Positions 25,632-40,700 of a stretch of 64,000 bases of DNA are shown here, one piece after another. A program made the position numbers and the translations under genes. How positions within the stretch are numbered: the first letter of the stretch is position 1; each line of letters starts with the position of its first letter. Origin of the DNA: Kudoa neothunni (lineage: Eukaryota; Animalia; Cnidaria). The notes beneath the pieces were generated by a model. That model worked only from the letters and a program-made list of their open reading frames with translations. It was not told the origin of the DNA and did no database searches. The stretch is taken from positions 2,210,532 through 2,274,531 of the forward strand of contig OZ199840.1 of NCBI GenBank assembly GCA_964304625.1, read 5' to 3'.

Positions 25632-25745
25632 TGTTATGTATTTAAATTGCGCCAGAGAAGACAGCAGTGAATAGAACTGAACACACACGTGTGACCGAAC
25701 CGGGACGATTAGTATTAAATACTAAATGTTAGCAACTACGTGACA
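25632..25745 (-). repeat. 5' LTR (114 bp)
   Basis: Direct repeat of 21307-21420, followed on the minus strand by the PBS. Confidence 0.97.
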
Positions 25746-27589
25746 ATATTCAAAGTCGTTAATATATAAAGCTTCAAAATTTTTTACTTTGATTGAATCT
25801 ATAGGTTAATATTCAAATCAATATACTGTTTTCTTTTATGCTCGCATTAATTTATTATGATATAAAACCTGAACAAAAATGCAGTCCACTCTCAATACAT
25901 GCCATGTAGGTTAATAAGGAATCATTGGTCTATTCGATCTAACCGATATTTTCACAGAGTTTTTGTTAATCTAAAAAGAGTTCAATACAAAGAAATTTTT
26001 TTAGGACATTCAAACAGTACATTAATTTTAAAAGGGTGTATTCCTTCGAGAAAACCAGTTGATATTTAGGTATTACTGTAATTGTTAAAACCAAAAACAC
26101 CTTTAAATTTTAAATTTAATCTTATTTTGTTAATTAAATTTGTATATGTTTGAACCAATAAGTATTCTTGATAAAAAGAAAGGTTGGATTTATTTATAAA
26201 TCGGGAAATTTTGTTACAATAGTGAATACGTAAGCTACCGCTCACAGTTTATTAAGATCTCATTAACATCCTTTATAAAATTGGAAAAAATGGAGTAACA
26301 ATCAATATTTATATTTCGGAGGCATCTTAGGTTGATTTTATTTTTTTATCGTTTATAGACTAATAATAAAAATTTATAACTAGATGGATTAATTTGTATC
26401 GCAAAATTTTTAAAAGAACTGAAAGTCCTATTTAAGTTACTTAATGATCTAGTTTAATAAATAAATGAACTTTAATCGTTAATTAAATTTCTCATAAAAT
26501 TAAGGTCATTATATTGTAGGTCAATAATTTGTAAAATATACTTCAAAATAGTAATTAATTTCTCTCCATACATCTATTTGCATTTGAATGGAAAGTGTAC
26601 GCATAATTTCGTTTATGTAAATCATCTAATTGCAAAAAATAATGGCAAGCTTCAAAAGCAACAATTAAATAGAAAAATAAAAGTAAAGTTAAAATTTTCC
26701 ATTAAACATAACCAGGCAAAGCTGGGTATTAGCATTAGCGCTTGTGTTTAAATATTTGTTGTTATATTAAAGCACACATTAATAAACAATATAATTAATG
26801 TAATATTAAAATAGTTCTCCATCAAATAGATACTAGTATTACATTAATAATTTATATTTGGTTTATATTGATTTTTCTATATAATCAACATAAAAATAAT
26901 ATATTTAATCTTTCATTATTAATTTTTGTATATTTTAAGAAAATAGTTCTTTCGCTGAATAAATTTTGTTTTAAACGTCAGAAGTATCAACAAGTATTGA
27001 TATATTTCCGTAATGGCGAGTTATATTCGAATGAATTTGGTATATCTTTAAATTTATTTAACTTACAAGAAAACATGCTACAATTGTTTCATACTTTTTC
27101 GAATAGGTAGAAATTATATACAATAAAATTGTGTTCGTTGCATTGAATATTGAAGCGAAAAATTATTAACTGCTAGTAGTTTGTAACTTTATAGATGATA
27201 CGATTGGACTCATAAAACCAAAAATAATTATTAAAATGAAATATTATATTTAAAACATTAATTTAAATATAATAGGCAGGCGGAGATTATTAAAAAGCAA
27301 GAGCGATAAGTCGACACAAGACAAGCTTAAAAAGTCCAATGCTAAATAAAATTTATAAATGAATCAATCAAAAATAATTATTATAAAAATATAGAAATTC
27401 AAGCATTATAATATTTTCATTATATATAATTTGATAATATAAATATAATCAAAAAATAAAAATTGTTAATGTTAAATTCGATCAACTATTTGCGATATTA
27501 ACGTGGGTGACAGGATATAAACTTATGGATTCTCGTTAATTAAATAACTAAAATTTTTGTATTTTATTTTTCAAAAATTAGAGTTTAAA

Positions 27590-28480
27590 ACGTAGAGCTC
27601 CTTTGTATTTAACTGCTGGTGTTGATTCCATGGGGAAAACTCAGTTTACATCAGGATGTATATTATAACAAGAGAACGAAGCAGCAATAATGTGGTACCT
27701 GAGCCAAATACTAGCCCAGCAGTTTACCCAATATTGGAATCAAAATTGTTCTCAGTTATAACTTATAACTGATAAGTATACAAAGTTAAGAAAATGTTTG
27801 TAAATAGTTTTTCCAAGAAAAGTGTTATTTATTTACAAGTTCCATGTTTTTCAAATTTTTAAATCGAGAAATAACACCAAGAAAATACAATGTATCTTCA
27901 AGTGTCAGAGTTAATGTTCTCAATTTTCTAGAAAAAATTGTATACGCGTCAAATGAAGAAGTGTTTGAAAATTTTTGTGAAAAAGTTTACAGCCTTAATA
28001 TTTCAAAAATTAATTGGGAGCCAATCGCAGAAGAATGGATATGAGTCTTAGTAACGTTATGAATTTTTATAATAACTGTACGAATAATCGTTCAGAAACA
28101 ATAAAATCGGAATTAAAAGGTGCAATAAATAAATTTTCATCTATAAAGAGCTTTTTTAAAATTATATGTTCTATGTGAATGTGAATTGAAAGAAATGTGA
28201 AAATCACAAATGATCTCTTAAAATTAGATTCGCCGGATATAACCAACACCGTAAAGGAATTATATTTTAATTTACTGACACCTTATGCCTTCTCAATCGT
28301 TGAAAAAGAAATATCTTCATTGGATAGCGAAATCACAGAAAACACAAACTTATTAAATAAATGTAATTGCATAATTAATCGATCTTTTAGTTCACCATGT
28401 CGACATATTTTTTGCTGTAAAGCATCTCTTTTGGAAGAACTATAGCAACCTTCATTTTGCGATAAAAGATGGACTAAGGA
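27590..28480 (+). pseudogene. Degenerate MULE-type transposase with SWIM zinc finger
   Basis: GVDSMGKTQF...LITDK segment, a TNNRSE motif and a SWIM CNC-x8-PCRH motif followed by RWT. Many stops. Confidence 0.65.
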
Positions 28481-31106
28481 ATATGCAAATAAATATATAC
28501 ATAATAATTCTTCAATCGATAATAATATTAAAACTAATCATTGAAAAAGTACAAACTATTCCAAGGGAAACCTATTCAAGACGCTTAAAAAATTCATTGG
28601 TCTATAAAAATCAACTTGCATCAACTTTGGCAATATATTGCCGTGAATTTTACCATAGTTCTATCACTGCCATTAATGGGATAGAGGTTATTTTAAGGTA
28701 TCATAATGGTTAACAACCAGAAAAAGTATTAAACATTGGTATAAAATATACATTACTATTTTTTAGTAAAAAGTGAAACTAATGATAATAATTCGGAATG
28801 CGATAATCACGTAGAAAATGGCGAACCAAATGAAAGAAGAAATGGTATTAATATAAGTATAATTTATTCAAATAACTATTAGATATCAAATATCGAGCCA
28901 ATGAAGAAGCGAGTGTGAACGAAATTGCTGAAGCATCCCCATCCAAGTTGCTTATTAATGACTCGTTTGAAGATTTGTGTAAGGTTCATAGTGACTAACA
29001 GATAGATAGGCGCAAAATCGATAAAAATTACAGAAATTAATAATCATATCAAATTTTATATTTATTTTATGTAGATTTAAAATTTCCTTCTAAAGTAAAA
29101 GCATTAAGGCGACCTAAGTGCTGTGATCTAACTGTCATTGGATTACCAAAAAAGACGACGAGAAATTTAAATCCATACAACATAAAAAATATTATTTTCT
29201 ATAAAATATATATTATAATAATATATTCATCATATAATAAATTGGTTTTATAATGTAAATAAACTGGGGAAAGCAGGGTCTGGAAATAATTAATTTTTAG
29301 AAAAAAAATCAATTATTTGTCTCGCAATCAATTAATTTTAATTTCGATTTGTAACCATCAATGATTTCATTTAATTGCAATTTATCTAAAAATTTTTATA
29401 TGGTCTGATAACAAAATAATTTAATGTTATCAAATTTAACCTTATTATTTTAATAAATATGAATAAGCCAGAATTAAAATAAACATTTATGTTAATTATT
29501 AGTATCTGAACTTATGAAAATATAATTTTTTGTCTGAATCTCAATATATATTGATCAAAGCGCTAAAAATATTATCCAGGGGTGGGGTTTTTGGGTTTAT
29601 ATTTCCGAAATTTGTCTTTTACATAAAATCTCTGTTTAAACGAATATATAAGGGAGACTACACTAGTAAAATTTATTTTTTGCTTTATTGGGATATAGAA
29701 AATAATATATTTGCAATTTTGTGGTTGAATTGGATAATTTCTGAGATAATTTTTTCAAATAAACTATCAATGAAAAATTCGTTGTCATTAATAATCAAAA
29801 AAAGTTGTAATTGTCTTTAAAATTTAAAAACTCCATTTTGGTATAACACTTGGTTAACAGAGCACATTGGTAATTAATATGTTAATTTCTGAATGAAAAA
29901 ATTATATTTTTGAAGTGATGTTCAAAAATATGCAAATAATAAGACAATTTTCAGGTTTTTGTAAACAAAAAAAAAATTACTCGTGAGCACGATGTCGAAA
30001 AAATAGGAATTTATCAATTTTTTAAGCTGAAATTTTACACTCAATACATTATTTTTATTATTATTAAATTAATTGTGAAAAGACTTGGAACAATAAGATA
30101 CAAAGGTCACGTTTTTAAAGAGTAAAATTCTTATATTAGCATTAATATGTCGAATATGCCTGAAGTGAATAAAATTTGAAGTACAAGCGAACGTAATTAA
30201 GTTGAACGTGCTTCCAACCTATTTCGACACGAGAACATCTAAGAATTTCAAATTATTATATAGCTCGATGGAGATCAAAACTGCTCAAAATTTTTTCGTT
30301 GTTGAATAAATAGATATATTAAGATTTTACCGTCGCTTAATTGTTTAATTGAAGAATTTTCTTGTTATACGTCAAAAATGAAACATGTTAAAATTTAAAA
30401 AACATGTTGTAACAGTTAAATTTTTAATATAAAAAGAAGACTGAAACGACGGTTAAGAATTTTTAAAATTTTTTGTAAATGTAATTGTTGACCAATTAAT
30501 TTTTGCCAACCCCTGGGGAAAAGTATTATTCATTGATTTATTAGCTATATTTTATTAAAAACATATGATAGAATGGACAGATACAATGGAACGTATTAGA
30601 GAATTTTTTATCATGCACGCTCACTCTCTCAGCAAATACGCCGTTCCACGTAGTTTCTTATGAAAATTAAGATACCTATATTCAAGGTTATTTAGAATCC
30701 AACTTAAATATAAATTATTGAGGAAATTATCTGTTGAATGCATGTTTTTTGGCCAATTTATAGGTAAAAGGTTAACTAAGTTATTTAATTTTGAAAATTC
30801 ATTGATGGTAGCTCATTTATTGTTTTATTTATGAAATTAAAATTTTGATCCGAGCATCATTTAAGGAGATGTTTCTAGTCGATGCAATGGCCACTTCCAT
30901 TCTTAAACTACGTATAAAATGGCGGTGTCGCATATTTTCATGCTGCTTTTATATCATAATAAATTAGTTTTAGCGAAAAGAAAATTATACATTGATGTGA
31001 ATATTAATCTTAAGCTCTGGATGTAGGGAATAACTAGGTTTCTAAGAACTTAAACATTATTTAAAAAATTATCTCATCAAGTATAGAAACTTATCGAATT
31101 AGTTAT

Positions 31107-31308
31107 TGTCATAATCCGAGAATCACGATCCCTCACAATAGAGGGAAGTCGTTCCCGGGTGGGCGACCCGGTGGAGATCGAGGCGAGGCCCACGCTACAC
31201 GGAGATATATATAGACACGACTAAACTGGGAGGAATACCATCACTACCTTTAGTCTACTTTATTCCAGTTCTCTTTCTTTTGCGCGGCCTTAATCCCAAA
31301 CTATAACA
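31107..31308. mobile_element. Solo LTR (202 bp)
   Basis: GC-rich island TGTCATAA...CTATAACA flanked by a perfect 5-bp direct repeat GTTAT (31102-31106 and 31309-31313). Unrelated to the other LTRs in the window. Confidence 0.85.
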
Positions 31309-31419
31309 GTTATATTCTCTGTTTTGCAAAAAAGTTTAGGAAACCCAACAAATGAATGAAAACATATTGAAAAGACGCATATAATTTCAATTTCAATCGA
31401 TATATTTGATAAAAAGAAA

Positions 31420-31991
31420 TTATCAGAAAAATTTAATTATTTGAAAATTCTACGCACATTTTATTTAGTTTTTAAAATGCGTATAGAAATCCAAATTATT
31501 CCAACGTGGCAACAACTTGTAATCTCAAATTCTGTGTTATTTAAAATGATCATAATCTTTTCACTTGACTATATCCATAATGTTTGAAAAGTGAAAATAA
31601 ATACCAAATAACTTGTTTATGCTTCAAATTTTAAGGTAAATGTGACGTTAATAGTTTTATTTGTCTTAAAATTACTCCAAACGGTATACATATCATTTTT
31701 AACAGATTCTCTTTGTGTATAATGAGTAAAAATTCATTCTAATTGATTATTACTCTGAAGTGAATAACCATCAATATTAGGCAGGTACTTTTTAATGTGT
31801 TAATTGACGCAGACAACCAGAAAACTCCTTACTTCTGACTGCGGTATTAATTATGTAAGCAATTATAAGTGAATGATCTATTTTTATTAATGGTATCGTT
31901 TATTCAAATGAAAACATAAAGCCTTATTTAAATATAGTTTCTACATGGCACATTCCTACTGCTACAAACACACATTGACAGACATAAGAAC
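31420..31991 (-). repeat. Helitron-like dispersed repeat homologous to 43340-43887
   Basis: Shared blocks TATTTAAAATG(A/G)TCATAATC...ACTATATCCATAA and GACAGACATAAGAAC. Confidence 0.55.
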
Positions 31992-31992
31992 A

Positions 31993-33758
31993 TCTACTAT
32001 ATAAAGCAAACTGGAAATCCGTGTGTACGCATTTTTCATTCTATATAGACAGATCTCTCAATTTGAGCACACATATGGAAAGATAAAATTTTATTTTAAC
32101 ACAGAAAAATACGTAAAAAATTATAAAAGGTTTGCATCCTACAAAATGTCTAAACCATTTTCACGTTATATGATTGGTATGATTTGAGGATTTATGCAAA
32201 CATATAGATCATTTCGGTAAAGTTTTAAAAAGTTAATTTTAAATGTAATATAGCGTTAATTTTAATTTACAACTATTAAAAAAAATTTAGTAATTAATTT
32301 AGTTCAAATAAGGAAGGTTATATTAGGTAATGTAGCCCAACATTAATATAAAATTAATTTATTGATGTTTAACAAGATTAGTCTTTTTCATATGGTATGA
32401 TTTAGAGATTACTGTGAACAACAAGGAGAAAATCGATTTTTTAGGAGTTCTAGAGAGGAAATTTTAAACGCTCAGTAATGTTTATTGATTTTTAAAAATA
32501 TTAAATGAGGTTCATGCGTCTCATTATTGGGGGTAAGTTAATTAAAATACAATTTGTCCTACGAATTAATTTCTCTTTTAAAATTTTTCAATGTTTCTTA
32601 CATTATAAAAATTTATAATTATAGAAAAATAAGAATATTTTGAAGTATTCATCAATAGCATAGAGATCTCACGTGAATTCGAATATGCTCGACGTAAGAT
32701 TTACTTCCAGTTTAAAATAATTTTTGTTGGTGTAAAATTTATTAAGTTAATTTTTTTATAATATAAAAACGTGAAAATTTTTCAAAAACGAAGTAAATTA
32801 ACAGGAGGAATTGTAGGAAACAACATTTCCGATTGTTTAAGCGATACCGCCCGATAATGGCACACATATCGTACCTTAGTCCAACTTTGTGTAAAACCAT
32901 ATTAGAGACTTTATCAGCTGATATTTGCAAGTTTAGTCTTAATTATACATTTAATAGACCACATGTCGATATTTTCTTAAATTCAAGCTGAAACGATCTA
33001 AATCTTTATGTTTTTTATACTTTATTAAAAATCAAATTTTTATCACAAAAATGTACCTGGATATTTTAGATATATTTGAAATTAAAACGATTGATATTTA
33101 CTTATCCTCTTTTCCTTTTTTTATCCAATATTTATTAGTTTTTACTTTTCTGCATAATATCAGGGTCACATTGAAAATATGCCACAATAAAGTGCATGAG
33201 ATTACATGATGCTACATTTTGATGATTATTATTATTCTTTTGTCGGAACGGTAATTAGGTCTATTTTTTCGCGTATCTAGAAACTTAAAATATATTTTTC
33301 ACTGCAGATTCTTTCTTCATATGAAAAAATAACGTGAACAGACTTAAAGGACACGTGGGATGATTAATTAAATAAAATAATCTGATAATTCGATTTATAT
33401 ATTCTGATTAAACATCGAAATAATAAAAATAATTCGCATAACGTACACCAATGTATTAACATTTGATTTAAAATGTTGAAAGAATTTGATGGAGACAGCT
33501 TCAGAATTCACAGTTGAACAAAAATCATGAATTTACATGGGGATAATCTAATTTTTTGTCAATCTGATTTGTGCGCTATCAAAATGACTACTAATTTAGA
33601 TCCGTATTCATGTTGTGATATTTTACTGAATAAAAGGAACCTTTCCTATCTATGTTTTATTTCCTTTATATTTTAGTAAAATGCTACAAATTACAAAAAA
33701 AATGGTTACGTAAAAACATTGTGAAAGGACCCCAAGCGTGAACCATGGTTTGCGCTAA
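31993..33758 (+). mobile_element. Non-autonomous Helitron, same family as 9846-11183
   Basis: 5' A|TCTACTATATAAAG and ~560 bp homology to 9846-10410. Candidate 3' end TTTGCGCTAA|T at 33758, less certain. Confidence 0.55.
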
Positions 33759-36700
33759 TCAGTTATAAATAAAATTACTGAATTCATTATTGTTGTTCTT
33801 TGTTATATTAAAGCTGTTAATAGATGTATATTTATACGATTAGTTGTTGGCTTATCTGTCATATTTAAAAAAATTCTTTTAACCCCGCATAAATTGCACT
33901 TGACCATTTGATCCTCGGTTGCTTCTTTAAAAAAACAATCAACATAACTAACAATCCTTATGAAATTTTAATAAACTTTGTAAAACTCAAATTCCCTAAT
34001 AAAAACCAAAGAAGTGATGATAAAATTCTAAAAATACGTGACAAAAATATGTGATGCATTTCACGTCCATCACGCGGATGACATGACATGTGTAGAAACC
34101 CTATTTTTAATTATGTTCTAAATTTGATAAAAGTAAAATTACAACTTAATAGATGGAGCAGCAGCGGAAAATAATAGTTATCTACATGCATTATTTTATT
34201 ATATTCAATGTCACATGATGCAAATAATCTTAGTATTGTCAGCGCTAATCTGCCTACAATAAGTTTATACTTCCAATTCACCAGTTTATGAGTAAGCAGA
34301 CGACCCCGTTATATTTTTGTTGTTAATGCGGTATTTTTTTAAAGTATAATAAAAGACTTGTTAAGTAAAAAAAGTCCCTGTATAAGGAGAAGATTTTTTC
34401 GTACACACATACACGATTAATTTATGTATACAGACAGAGTAGATAGATGCCATAAGATTAATTAAAATACTATAAGGATTCAAATTCGTTGATTATATGG
34501 AATTTTGTCTTGAGGCTTTTATCGACACCAAAAACGACAGTTGTATAATTAATTCGGAGCTTCTCGGAGGGTTAATAGTCGTCGGAACCACGTTTTGCTC
34601 ATTTGATTCAATGGTGGGTGGTTGATGCTCGGTTGGACGCTTTTGAAGGTAATACATCCTCAAAGATTGTGCTTGCGTTGTTTCTGAACGTGTGAATTCT
34701 TCATAGAACTAATTTATGGTCATGTTGGATTCATTATTATGCTTGGTTAGGATTGCATGAATGTCATTCACGTATGTTTGTTTGATTTTGGATAGATTTA
34801 GTTTTTCTTCATAATAATAAAACTTTGATGTTTTAGATAATAGGTCTCTTGTGGTGAAATTCGATTTGGAAGTTGGTTATCGAAAGTTGAAGTCTTGGTT
34901 GAATCTACGCGGTCATTCATCAGAATTACATCTGACAGGTTGTGGTCGATTTCGTTTATTGTTTAATACTCGGGTTAATGGTTCTTTTAGGAGGTTATTG
35001 TCCTTTGCACGCGCACTAGAGTTTCTTGTTATTTAGTCTTTTTTGTATGTTTATATTATAGTTATGTAGTAACTACGTATATTAATCAATTATATTATAG
35101 ATATTTATATTTTTTATGTATAATTAGTGTACTATAATAGGTCAGTTGACACGTATGCATACCTTTATTTTTTCAATGATATGCGTTGCTATTTGCTTTT
35201 GTGTGTTTTCAATATAAAATAAAATTCATAATCCGATTGTATAAATTGTATTTAAATAGGTTATCATGTTAATGCTTAAAAACTGATGGAATGTATGTAA
35301 ATATTATCACAAATTTTTTGATGGCATATAAACACTGATTGCAAAACCATTGTTTATAAGCCGACATCATTTATTCCTTTTTAATAATATTTAAATCCAA
35401 CTTACCATAATAGAAACATAAAAATTGTAAATTAATCTTATAAAGTTTTTATTTTTTGGCATTTAGTATTATATATACGAGAGGGTGAATTTAAATTTAT
35501 CCTGAGTCTTAAGATTTAATATGATGTAAGCTTTAAAAAATGATTAACGATAATAAGTAATATGATTATAATAAATTAAAATCAATATCACAATTTTTCG
35601 ATCTATTCTGTTACACTTAATAAAAATACGACAGTAATATACATGCATTTTTTAAATGTTTCCTATACTTCTTATATTATTATTATTATTATTATTTAAT
35701 TTTATATAAACCATATCATGTACAATTAATAAGTAAAATTTCTCTACACATAACAATGTTATAATTTGTTAATTATTTCTAATCATTAAACTGCAGTTTG
35801 ATTCTATATTTACCAGCGATGAGATTTATTAATTTTGATGGGGTACAATTTTTGAATAAATCCTTATGACTATTCCCCATAAAGTGAATTATATGGGTTA
35901 GAATAGTATGTAACCGATTTCCTGTTATACCTTTGACCAAAAATACTTAAAATGCAACGATGATCAATTTTTGTAATTTTATGAACGCTTCAAGAATATA
36001 TAATGTGATACTTTTTTGAAATTTATATCCAAATACAAATAACCAACTATTTATTAAAATATTCCGTTTTTTAACTTTACTAAACATTTGAAATGTATTA
36101 TTTGTGATTGTATCTAATAAATCCATTATTTTATTTAAAAAGTCTATATCAATCATTAAGGCGGATTATAACCTGTTAAAACCATTGAATATGCCATCTT
36201 CCATCAACCTATCGTCTTTAATTTCCGTCAACACTTTATTAAAACGAGCAAATACATGTATCCCGGGACGAGTTTATGGAAATTACTTAACTTAGTTATT
36301 ACCGAATCCTGTTGAATAATTTAGAAATTTCCAAAGAAAAATTTATTGTTTCATAAACTTATATTTTTTCTAATTTAATTAACTGTAACGGTAATAACAC
36401 ATTCTTTAGTAGTTAAATATTTTTGTTGATTTAAGATAGATCGAGATTTAAAACCTGAAAAAAATTATTTTTATTAATAAATTAAATTTTACCTGCCCCT
36501 CAAATTTTTTTAAGCATTGTCCAGAAAGCAAACCTTATCATTGACGGGAATAGTCATTTTTTGATGAACCTTTTGGTAGATGACTTTCATTTTCAATAAG
36601 GTTAGCTAATTTCATAAGATACAATTATATCTTCTATCATCCTCAATACAGTAGTCAAAAAAAATACACAAAGGAATTGAAGCAGAATCAATTCTGATCT

Positions 36701-37909
36701 GTAAATTTTAATTTATACATTTGTTTCCATTTCCTAGCATATATAATAGGTAAAAACATGCCAGATTAATTAATGAATATATATGTTTATGTGCGAAATA
36801 GCGGTTAAGTTGTTTTTAAATTAAATGTTGCATATAATTTTGGACGAGAATGAGTTTTTGGGTAATTATATATTTATTTATTTGACGTAATTAATTCTAA
36901 TCATGTTTAATGTATTTATTTTAACCCTAAAAATACTTAAGATAATATCTATGTGTATGTGTAGTTGGTTGTAAAATTCAATTTGTAGATCGATGATTCA
37001 AGTATTATCATGAAATAAAACAGGAAACTAATATTATGGCCATATAAAAAATTTATTAACTAAAATAAAATTATTTTATTACAAATACAAGAATACAGAT
37101 CTATATACGTACGTTAAAAGTGAAAACCCCATAATATAAACCCATGGGTGGCTAAAAGCGCATGCGAATGTAACGAATTTGTCAAAGATAAGATGTTTTG
37201 TATGTAATAGGAAAGATAGTTTGTTAAAAATATTCCTATCCTTTCCTAAACATCATAGCTGTAGTAATTTATAAATATCTTTCATATTATATTATTCCAA
37301 TTTGTAATGACTTAAATAATTAAATAATACGTTTGTGAAAACAATTAATAATGGTAATAAACGTTGTTATGTTCTTAATAAATAAAAGATCGGTTAAATT
37401 TACAAAAAAAAACAAAAGTAACTAGGTAAGAATAAATTGTTGTCACAAGATTGGCGAAAGGTATGACATGTATCCTGAAAACCTAAACGTAATCAAAAGT
37501 TGCTAAAAAAATATCTGCAGTTATTGGATATTTCTATAAGTAATTCTTGTTCTGAAAACCTAAAGGTAGTATTAATTGATGCGAAGGCGGAGAAAATGCA
37601 ATATTTAATGCTAAAAAGGAACATTCATTACACGGAAAGGTTTTGATTTAAGTTTGAAAAATATATACTGAGTGATAATGAGAATTAAAAATAATCTAAG
37701 GGAGACAAAATGATACATTTCAAGTGATCTGTAAATACACGGAAATGACACATATGATCACACATTTTTCAATATCGATAATCTGGAACTTCTATCTAAT
37801 AGCAATTTTTTCCTGTAATCATTATCAGCGACAGCACAACAATTAGAACAACTAATATCTTACAGTATTTCAAGATCTAAATGCAACTTTTTTTTTCGTT
37901 AGATATTTA

Positions 37910-38965
37910 AACTAATTATGGATTACTTCCATATTTATACATTTTGGGAAATATGATTCAGCATGATTTGAATAATTATTCAAATGATTAACAGAAACTT
38001 TCGCTGGGCTCTCCGTAATAGCAGAAATCAATTGTTCGTGATTTTGAGGATATCTGTTTCTCACAATGGTTTTCACTTGGTGATAAAACTCCTTAATAGG
38101 ATTGAGGAAAGGGGAAAAAATATGGTGGCAAAAACAGGAGTTTGTGATTGCTAGATTCTACAAGCTCAGTTATTGTATTTGTTTTATGGAACCGAACATT
38201 ATCCATTATGAGGAGAGCACGTTCGACCCTCTCGTTAGCCAGATCATCAAATAACTTGCTGATGAAGTTATAAAATATACCTTGGTTAACGGACCCATTC
38301 TCCAAATGGAAAGTCCAAACCTTTTTAGCATTTATAGCAGCTATTAATGTTATATTTTTTGAGCGTACGCTCTTTACTTTGAGATTCGCTCTTGTTCCAG
38401 AGGGTGACCGCCCAAATGATCGTCGCATGGATAATGAAAATCACTGACGAATACGTGGGCTTATTTTGTAAATACTCAAGCACACAACTATTTGATATAG
38501 ATAAACACCAAAACTATAATACCTTTTTTCTTTTTATTATGTTATTTGGCGAATTTCTAGCTATTGGGACTATCTGAATCCGTTTCAAGGTATAATGAAG
38601 GTCACGTAAGCATTTACTTACAGTTTGTCTGGTTACATCGATAATAAGTTCGTCCAGAAGTTTTTTAGCGATTGTTTCCTAGGTAACGATGCAATCGTCA
38701 TCCACTAATCCACGAATATACTGATTGTGAGATTCATCCAATTTCGATCTTATGTCCCTTTTTTCTACTATTTCAGCCCTATTGTCTAAGCTTTTGCTTA
38801 ATATTCTTCCAATGGTGGATTTATGCACGCCCGCCTTTTCGGCAATAAAACTGTTAGCATAATTTTCCTAATAAATGTAAACTAAGAAAGGAAACAAAAT
38901 AATTTCTTTCGGTAACGTGACAACAAGATTCCTAACTTCATCGCTGAGAGTAAGGTGTTTTCTTT
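37910..38965 (-). pseudogene. IS630/Tc1-mariner transposase remnant
   Basis: HTH FIAEKAGVHKSTIGRI, then NITLIAAI, LIMDNVRFHK, LLFLPPY and a frameshifted PFLNPI. Confidence 0.85.
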
Positions 38966-39439
38966 TAAGAAGGTTATTGTCGAGTGCTGACTTTTAACGT
39001 AGCGTGCGCTGAATTTACATAAAAATTAAAGTTAAATGTCAACCAATTTCGTATTTGATTGAGATTAATCTTCAGAATTCATCTTGATTTATATATAAGA
39101 ATCATTATTTAAATGATGACATTGACGCAAAAATGAAGGCATTTAACTAGTTAGTAAGGTGAGCTTGGTATTTCAACTTGATTAAATTCGAATAGTTTAT
39201 TTTATGAGAGGGAACGTGTGATTGGCGCTTAAATTATTTAATTTTCAATTAAAATATAATCTATTTAGTTCCTGTATGAAAATTATACGTCCACGCTTAT
39301 GGGTTGCATTTATATCTTGAAATACTGTATAAAGCGAAATGCAGGTAGGGGAATTGGGGTTACTCTATATACCAGTTATATTGTTTGGATATGGCCTGAA
39401 CGAAGAATGTATCATAATACCGATGGTAACTCTCACATT

Positions 39440-40700
39440 AAGTTTTCAACATATCCATTTTTAATTTAACATCTTTACTCCGAGGATCATTATTAGGATT
39501 GCGTAAATAAAAAATGGTTTCTTGTTCAACTGCGCTTTGTCTCTCGTAAATTTTTAATAAAAGTTAATAGACTTGAATAAATCTTGCATAAAAATGTCTA
39601 TGGAAACTCTCTGCAATATTGGAGGATAGAGATGTGTCATTATGGGTTCGAGAATGAGCATTTCATGATTCAGCGTGGTATTTGTTACTATTAATAAAGT
39701 TCTCAAAATAACTAAAGAATAAATTCAAATTCTTTATTTCAATTTTTTCGGCTTGTAGAAGTAATTTTTCAAATTCTGTTTTCACGCAATCTTTCGGTAC
39801 TAAGGCTAACGAAGTAACGCACTTGACAAAAAGTTTAAACTCACTATCTTCCCGCTAACACTTCGATAGACCCAATTTATGCAGTGTCGATTAACGCACT
39901 GGCCAAGATCTAGCCAAGATGGAACAAGCAGAAGAACACATTTTGTTTTGTTTCTTATTTAAATGCATTTTACATTGCAACCTCAAAATCTATGTTAATG
40001 TTGTTGGGAAGTTCCAGGTTTCCTTTTTCTCTTTAAATTTGAATAATACGGTCATAGCTGCTCTCCGACTTATCCGTCATTAAAATTAACACCAACGGTA
40101 ATATTTTGTTAAAAACGTGGCCATGAATTGTGTACATTTAGGAGAAAGTTCTCGGAACAACCTTGAATGTTTCGTCGCAAACCCAAAATTTTTGAATGTT
40201 TTAGGTGCGAAGGATTTTCTTCTGATGCAAACATAATAATTCTATTACTATCCCCGGATCCAGGATCGTATATACGAAATTTTTTGTTCCTAATGTCATC
40301 GTCATCATCGATCGATCCGCACAGATTTGTGCCAGGATTTACATCAATGCTCTTTCGTTTTCTTATATCTCGAATCACTTGATAAACGGACTTTTTGGGA
40401 ATATTTGGACATCTTTTTGATTAGTTACAATATCATACACTTTATAGGTTGGATATACAGTATTTTCTGCGATATGCTTGATTCTATTCTTGAAAAATTG
40501 CTTTTTTTCTTCCTCGGATACTAAATGATTATGAAAACCTAACGTATCCAACCTCTCTATCTGTTCTGTCGGAAATGTTCTTAGCCCTACCTTTACATCC
40601 CCGTTTTTGTCACCTTCAATATTGACAAACGTTTGTTTTATAATCTTTATTGTAAAAAATCCATTTTAAAAGTCTGTCATTTTTTTTCGTTTTAGTATAG
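39440..40700 (-). pseudogene. Degenerate MULE transposase
   Basis: IYDPGSGDSNRIIMFA is paralogous to LYDSGSKSTNRIIIFT of the 15.7-16.7 kb MULE. It also has FVKCVTSLALVP and NIAESFHRHF. Confidence 0.8.

Larger units (their letters stand above)
21307..25745 (-). mobile_element. Full-length Ty3/Gypsy LTR retrotransposon (Mag-like), internally disrupted
   Basis: 114-bp TG...CA LTRs at 21307-21420 and 25632-25745 (1 mismatch). 5-bp TSD ATATT. PBS TGGCGACGAG and PPT AAGAAGGGAGG. Domain order gag-PR-RT-RH-IN. Confidence 0.97.

Noticed and set aside
35750-36740. Possible spliced gene remnant on the minus strand
   Set aside because: A few GT-AG pairs exist, but no continuous frame or recognisable motif could be built.
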